From assembly GCA_963764625.1 (NCBI GenBank), contig CAVXTH010000002.1, forward strand, positions 34,554 through 98,553: a DNA stretch of 64,000 nt. Direction: 5' to 3'. Shown one piece after another: positions 59,846-64,000 of this stretch. The notes below the pieces were generated by a model. The model was not told the DNA's origin. It saw nothing but the letters and a program-made list of their open reading frames with translations, and ran no database searches. The translations under genes and the position numbers were made by a program. Source of the stretch: Candidatus Krumholzibacteriota bacterium (lineage in GTDB: Bacteria; Krumholzibacteriota; Krumholzibacteriia; JAJRXK01). Every line of letters begins with the position of its first letter. The stretch's first letter is position 1.

Positions 59846-60696
59846 ACCTCTTTCTGCTCGAGTTCTTTGAGTGTGGTTCCTTTTGAGTTCTTCCACGAGA
59901 TCAGTCCGTTCGCGTGGCCACCGTGGACGACCGAGGCGGCAGCGCTCGGGCTCGTGAACTCGTAGTCCTTGGCGAACGCGAGCCGATCACTCTGTTCGGT
60001 CAGAACCCCCTCGGACAGAAGCTGCGAACGTACGGTTGATGGGTAGGGGTACTTCTTGACGGAAGGACGTTCCTCCAGCACGGCTTCTGATCCCTTTAGG
60101 ACGAGAAAACCGTTCTCTGTTTGCCGCCCCGTGGCCTTGACCTTCTTGATCGTGCAAGTCAGGAGCTCGGAAGCCTTCACGGGCACGGTTGCTTTCACAA
60201 CAGGCTTGAGGAAGTCCTGCCCAAGAACGGGCAGGAGTTGCTCAACCTTTGCCAGGAAGACGTCCATATCGGCGGTGTCAGACTCTGGCAGGTGGGAGCC
60301 ACTCGCGTTGGTGTTCTCCAACTCAAATCGGTCTGCTGCTTTCGTCATCTCGATTAGCTTACCCTCAAGATACTTGATGTGAGCCTTGGTCAGGTTCTCG
60401 TCCTTGCTCACAAAGAAGATCACGGTCTTCCAGAAGTCTCGGTCGAGGTGCCCCTTCAATCTTGTCCGAACTACCTCCGCTTCCCCGACGTAGACTCTCG
60501 GTTTTCCCGTCTCGGAGTTGATCCCGGTAAGGAAGTAGATCCCCGGTTTCTTCGCTTCGTCGCGCTGAAGAACCAATTCAAGCTGGGACCGGGGGCCAGC
60601 CACAGCCTTACCCGTCCAGTTAGATATTTCCGCGGTCCGGACGGAGGCCGGATCACCTTCTGCAAGGAATATTTTTACGGTGGCTGTCTCTTTCAT
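59812..60696 (-). CDS. GIY-YIG nuclease with C-terminal DUF4357-like domain
   Basis: GIYFL..VYVGEA..RLKGH, KYLE; FTSPSAAASVVHG..NGLISWK. Confidence 0.85.
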   Translation of the reverse strand: MKETATVKIFLAEGDPASVRTAEISNWTGKAVAGPRSQLELVLQRDEAKKPGIYFLTGINSETGKPRVYVGEAEVVRTRLKGHLDRDFWKTVIFFVSKDENLTKAHIKYLEGKLIEMTKAADRFELENTNASGSHLPESDTADMDVFLAKVEQLLPVLGQDFLKPVVKATVPVKASELLTCTIKKVKATGRQTENGFLVLKGSEAVLEERPSVKKYPYPSTVRSQLLSEGVLTEQSDRLAFAKDYEFTSPSAAASVVHGGHANGLISWKNSKGTTLKELEQKEVANKAIDSDEE

Positions 60697-60706
60697 ATCT
60701 CTCCTT

Positions 60707-60766
60707 GGCCAACGTCCTGCCGTTCAGCCGGCGGCGGAGCCGGTCGGCTGCAACGGCTTGTTAGCA
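60707..60766 (-). repeat. attC (VOC cassette copy 1)
   Basis: ggccAAC..gccgttcagccg...cggctgcaacggc..GTTagca. Confidence 0.92.
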
Positions 60767-60806
60767 GGCCTTGCCTGCGTGTTGTTTTGGTAAACGAGAT
60801 AGTGCA

Positions 60807-61196
60807 TCACGTAAGCCCCGTCATTGTGGCGAACACAAGCACGTGTCCGTCTAGGTCCGTACTGTACGCCGCCTGGTCTCCCCAGTCCCGCGTGGCGAGA
60901 GGACTAAGTTCTGTGGCCCCCTGCTCCAAGGCTCGCTGGTGGAATGATTCGGGGTCGTCCACGGAAAGGTATATCTCCGCGCGAGGCACCCCCTTGGCAT
61001 CGTCCGGATCAGGGAGCTTCGTGCCCAGGAGGCGTCGGATGCCAGCCACCGGCATAAGCCCCAATACAGTTCCTTCGTTCAGCTTGAACTCTGTCATGCC
61101 GGGTACGTTCAGCGAGGGCCGCATCATCAACACCGCTTCATAGAAACGCGCGCTTGCTTCCTGATCAGAAACGAAAAGGATGATGTTCGCTCTCAT
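60807..61196 (-). CDS. VOC/glyoxalase family protein, intact copy
   Basis: FYEAVL..LNVPGMTEF, RDWGDQAAYSTDLDGHVLVF. Confidence 0.9.
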   Translation of the reverse strand: MRANIILFVSDQEASARFYEAVLMMRPSLNVPGMTEFKLNEGTVLGLMPVAGIRRLLGTKLPDPDDAKGVPRAEIYLSVDDPESFHQRALEQGATELSPLATRDWGDQAAYSTDLDGHVLVFATMTGLT

Positions 61197-61211
61197 CTGC
61201 CGCCTTCGTCC

Positions 61212-61271
61212 TGCTAACGTCCTGCCGTTCAGCCGGCGGCGGAGCCGGTCGGCTGCAACGGCTTGTTAGCA
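61212..61271 (-). repeat. attC (VOC cassette copy 2)
   Basis: Identical interior to 60707-60766. Confidence 0.92.
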
Positions 61272-61311
61272 GGCCTTGCCTGCGTGTTGTTTTGGTAAAC
61301 GAGATAGTGCA

Positions 61312-61700
61312 TCACGTAAGCCCCGTCATTGTGGCGAACACAAGCACGTGTCCGTCTAGGTCCGTACTGTACGCCGCCTGGTCTCCCCAGTCCCGCGTGG
61401 CGAGAGGACTAAGTTCTGTGGCCCCCTGCTCCAAGGCTCGCTGGTGGAATGATTCGGGGTCGTCCACGGAAAGGTATATCTCCGCGCGAGGCACCCCCTT
61501 GGCATCGTCCGGATCAGGGAGCTTCGTGCCCAGGAGGCGTCGGATGCCAGCCACCGGCATAAGCCCCAATACAGTTCCTTCGTTCAGCTTGAACTTGTCA
61601 TGCCGGGTACGTTCAGCGAGGGCCGCATCATCAACACCGCTTCATAGAAACGCGCGCTTGCTTCCTGATCAGAAACGAAAAGGATGATGTTCGCTCTCAT
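61312..61700 (-). pseudogene. VOC cassette copy 2, 1-nt deletion near 61596
   Basis: gaacttgtcatg versus gaactctgtcatg in copy 1. Confidence 0.8.
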
Positions 61701-61715
61701 CTGCCGCCTTCGTCC

Positions 61716-61783
61716 TGCTAACGTTTACTGTTCAGCCAGCAGCGGCGCTGAGCAGGCCGCGCTGCAACACGGGATTGTTAGGC
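61716..61783 (-). repeat. attC (VOC cassette copy 3, many indels)
   Basis: Recognisable distorted version of 60707-60766. Confidence 0.7.
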
Positions 61784-61834
61784 AGGCCACGCCAATTGAC
61801 GAGCTTGTTGGTTGGCTACAACGCAGATAGGCGA

Positions 61835-62243
61835 TCACGTAAGCCCCGTCATTGTGCGCGAACAACAAGCACGAGTCCGTGTAGGACGATGACTGTACGC
61901 CGACTGGGCATATGAAGTCGCCGCGTGGCGAAGAGGACTAAAGATCGCGTAGCCACCCTGCTCCGAGGCTCGAAGGTGGAATGGATCCGGGGATCGTACA
62001 CGGAAAGATATATCTGACGTGTCGAGGTATCTGCTTGGCGCAACGTCCGTGATTAGTGGAGCATGGTGCCCAGGAGGCCGTCGGATGCCAGCAACCGGCA
62101 TAAGTGCCAATACAGTTCCTTCTTTCATCATGAACATCTGTCATGCCGGGTACGTTCAGCGAGGGCCGCATCATCAACACCGCTTCATAGAAACGCGCGC
62201 TTGCTTCCTGATCAGAAACGAAAAGGATGATGTTCGCTCTCAT
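61835..62243 (-). pseudogene. VOC cassette copy 3, indel-riddled
   Basis: 5' ~105 nt identical to copy 1, remainder dense in indels. Confidence 0.75.
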
Positions 62244-62258
62244 CTGCCGCCTTCGTCC

Positions 62259-62423
62259 TGCTAACTTGAATTCTACGGCCCCATGTAAGGAGCCCACTAC
62301 GAGTTATCCAGTACTGGTAACGATCCTACGCCTCACCAGGGGAGCCGGGCAAGCCCATGGTCGCCAAGGGCTTGTTACGCGCTGATTTCGATATTATCAC
62401 GCATACCGTCACCCATCTAAGTG
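62259..62423 (-). other. attI (copy F) with putative Pc, downstream of intI
   Basis: Minus strand gtagaattcaaG/TTAGCA at the first cassette boundary; no attC-like palindrome; TTAGAT-16-GATAAT at 62420-62393. Confidence 0.85.
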
Positions 62424-62438
62424 GACCGCAATCCCCCT

Positions 62439-63431
62439 TCAACGCAGCCGATCCGCTGGACTCTTGACCGTGAGACCGCGATTGAGCACGTGGGTATAGA
62501 TCATGGTAGTCTTCACACTCGAGTGACCCAGGAGCTCCTGAACAGTGCGAATGTCGGCGCCGTCCTCCAGCAGGTGTGTCGCGAAGCTGTGGCGGAAGGT
62601 GTGGCAGCTGGCGCGCTTGGAGATTCCAGCGCGCAGAACGGCCATCCGGACCGCCCTTTGGACAGCGCTCTCGTGCAGGTGATGGCGGCGCAGTTGCCTT
62701 GATTCACGATGGCTATAGCGGCGCGTTGCGGGAAACACCCATTGCCAGGGCCACTCCCGTCCCGCATGGGGATACTTTCGCCCAAGCTATCGGGAAGCTC
62801 GACCCAACCGGCTCCCTCGCGTAGATCCTGACGATGGAGCTTCCAGGCGGAGCGCAGATGGTCCCTCAAAGGGTCGACCAGCCGCTCCGGCAACACGGTC
62901 ACGCGGTCCTTGCCACCCTTGCCCTGGCGGACGGTGAGGATGCGTCGTTCGAAGTCCAGGTCCTTCGTCCGAAGCCGACACGCTTCCAGCAGACGCAGCC
63001 CACTGCCGTAGAGCAGCATCCCAATGAGTCGATAGGGACCGGCCAGCTGATCCAAGACAGCTTCCACTTCCCTGCGGTCGAGCACGACCGGAAGACGGCG
63101 ATGGATCCGGGCCCGGGTGATCTTGTCAAGCCACGGGAGCTCCACTCCGTAGAACTTCCCGATACAGGAACAGCAAGGCGGCCATGGCTTGGTTCTGGGT
63201 GGACGCGCTCACTCGTAAATCGGTGGCGAGCCAGCTCAAGAAGCCCTCCACCTCCTCGCGCCCCATTTCGCGGGGATGGCGACCGGCGTGGTAGCGCACG
63301 TAGCGGCGCGTCCAGTTCAGATACGCCGAGCGCGTCCGCGGACTGTAGCGACGGGAGCAGAGGATTTGTTCGAATGTGGCGAGGAGGCCGGGGCGACCTT
63401 GGGATGATCGCGGCGATCGATCTTCGGACAT
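62439..63431 (-). CDS. intI: Integron integrase, +1 frameshift near 63151 and -1 near 62783
   Basis: [29 protein letters not shown], IntI-specific [48 protein letters not shown]. Confidence 0.95.
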
Positions 63432-63539
63432 GACGCACTCCCCGGGAGGCGCAAGCCGACGTCTACTCTACCTCAGCGGGTTCGTGCAGTTCAATACGGG
63501 TGCGAGCAGGCACGCCCTTCCGGAATTCCAGCTCACAGC

Positions 63540-64000
63540 TCATTTTTTGATCTTTCCTCTTGTACCAAACGAGTATTTGTATATATTGAGAATGCCTCCC
63601 CAAAAACCCAGGGTTTCCCGTTCCATCGAACGCTCTGCGGCGGGTGCTCGGTGCGAGCTGGCCTGCACCTGCTCACGAGCTTTGGCGGAGGATTCGTGAG
63701 CCAGGAAAGGCTGAATCCCTGGGAGAACGTGACAATTTGAAGCAAATCCCACGTGGCCGCTGGCCGCGAGAGGGAATCCTATACGTTGCTGCCTCGGCTG
63801 GATGGTGCCGAGATCAGCCCAGCGTCAAGGCGGAGGTTAGGTGAAAAAACATGAAAACTCAGATCCGAGGAAGTCTGAGCCGCATGTCCACCAACTCCGA
63901 ACGTCGAGACACTCGGACCGTCCGAAGAGCACCCCGCGGATGCGACTCCGAACGTCGAGACACTTTCGAACGAACACGGACCAACCCCGAACCGGCAACC
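63540..64000 (+). repeat. Conserved intI-upstream module, copy 3 (runs off window)
   Basis: Aligns with copies at 21655 and 41943. Confidence 0.9.

Larger units (their letters stand above)
46503..63431 (-). mobile_element. Reverse-type integron: intI, attI and proximal cassette array
   Basis: intI, attI and about 17 attC-delimited cassettes, all on the minus strand. Confidence 0.88.

Noticed and set aside
61723-62135. Error-prone or reverse-transcriptase-driven diversification of the first cassette
   Set aside because: Changes are scattered indels, not adenine-specific substitutions; no reverse transcriptase in the window; fits an unpolished repeat
62439-63431. intI as a true pseudogene or programmed frameshift
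   Set aside because: One extra base and one missing G in a G-run; similar single indels in the kinase, tricorn and methyltransferase genes point to sequencing error. Unresolved without reads
63432-63600. LexA box controlling intI
   Set aside because: No CTGT-N8-ACAG or GAAC-N4-GTTC seen; GTTC-N5-GTTC near 63480 has the wrong spacing for the alphaproteobacterial motif
63894-63964. CRISPR array
   Set aside because: Only two 20-bp repeats per locus, unequal spacers (16 and 31 nt), no cas genes in the window
1-64000. tRNA, rRNA or IS transposase
   Set aside because: None recognised by eye; tRNAscan-SE and ISEScan would be needed to exclude them

Overview
GC-rich bacterial region dominated by an integron system on the minus strand. 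An integron integrase (intI, 62439-63431, two compensating single-base frameshifts) is co-oriented with its cassettes, and attI lies downstream of its stop codon (reverse-type architecture). More than 30 attC sites, intact to degenerate, separate about 55 small minus-strand cassette genes: SnoaL/DUF4440, VOC, methyltransferases, hydrolases, SET, GNAT, orphan antitoxins, a GIY-YIG nuclease, and a two-gene membrane-protein + cis-prenyltransferase cassette. The array is not one unit. A ~100-165 bp attI/promoter module recurs six times and heads separate sub-arrays. Two intI-deleted copies of the platform share one deletion junction, and all three platform copies carry a conserved ~450 bp module with a divergent promoter, hairpins and 20-bp repeats. 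Sub-arrays are interleaved with non-cassette genes: a DUF5916 protein, a cytolysin-like lipoprotein with ECF sigma and Ser/Thr kinase, a hybrid histidine kinase with a diguanylate cyclase, and trpF with a tricorn protease. All family calls come from motif recognition by eye, not database searches. Scattered frameshifts suggest long-read consensus errors.
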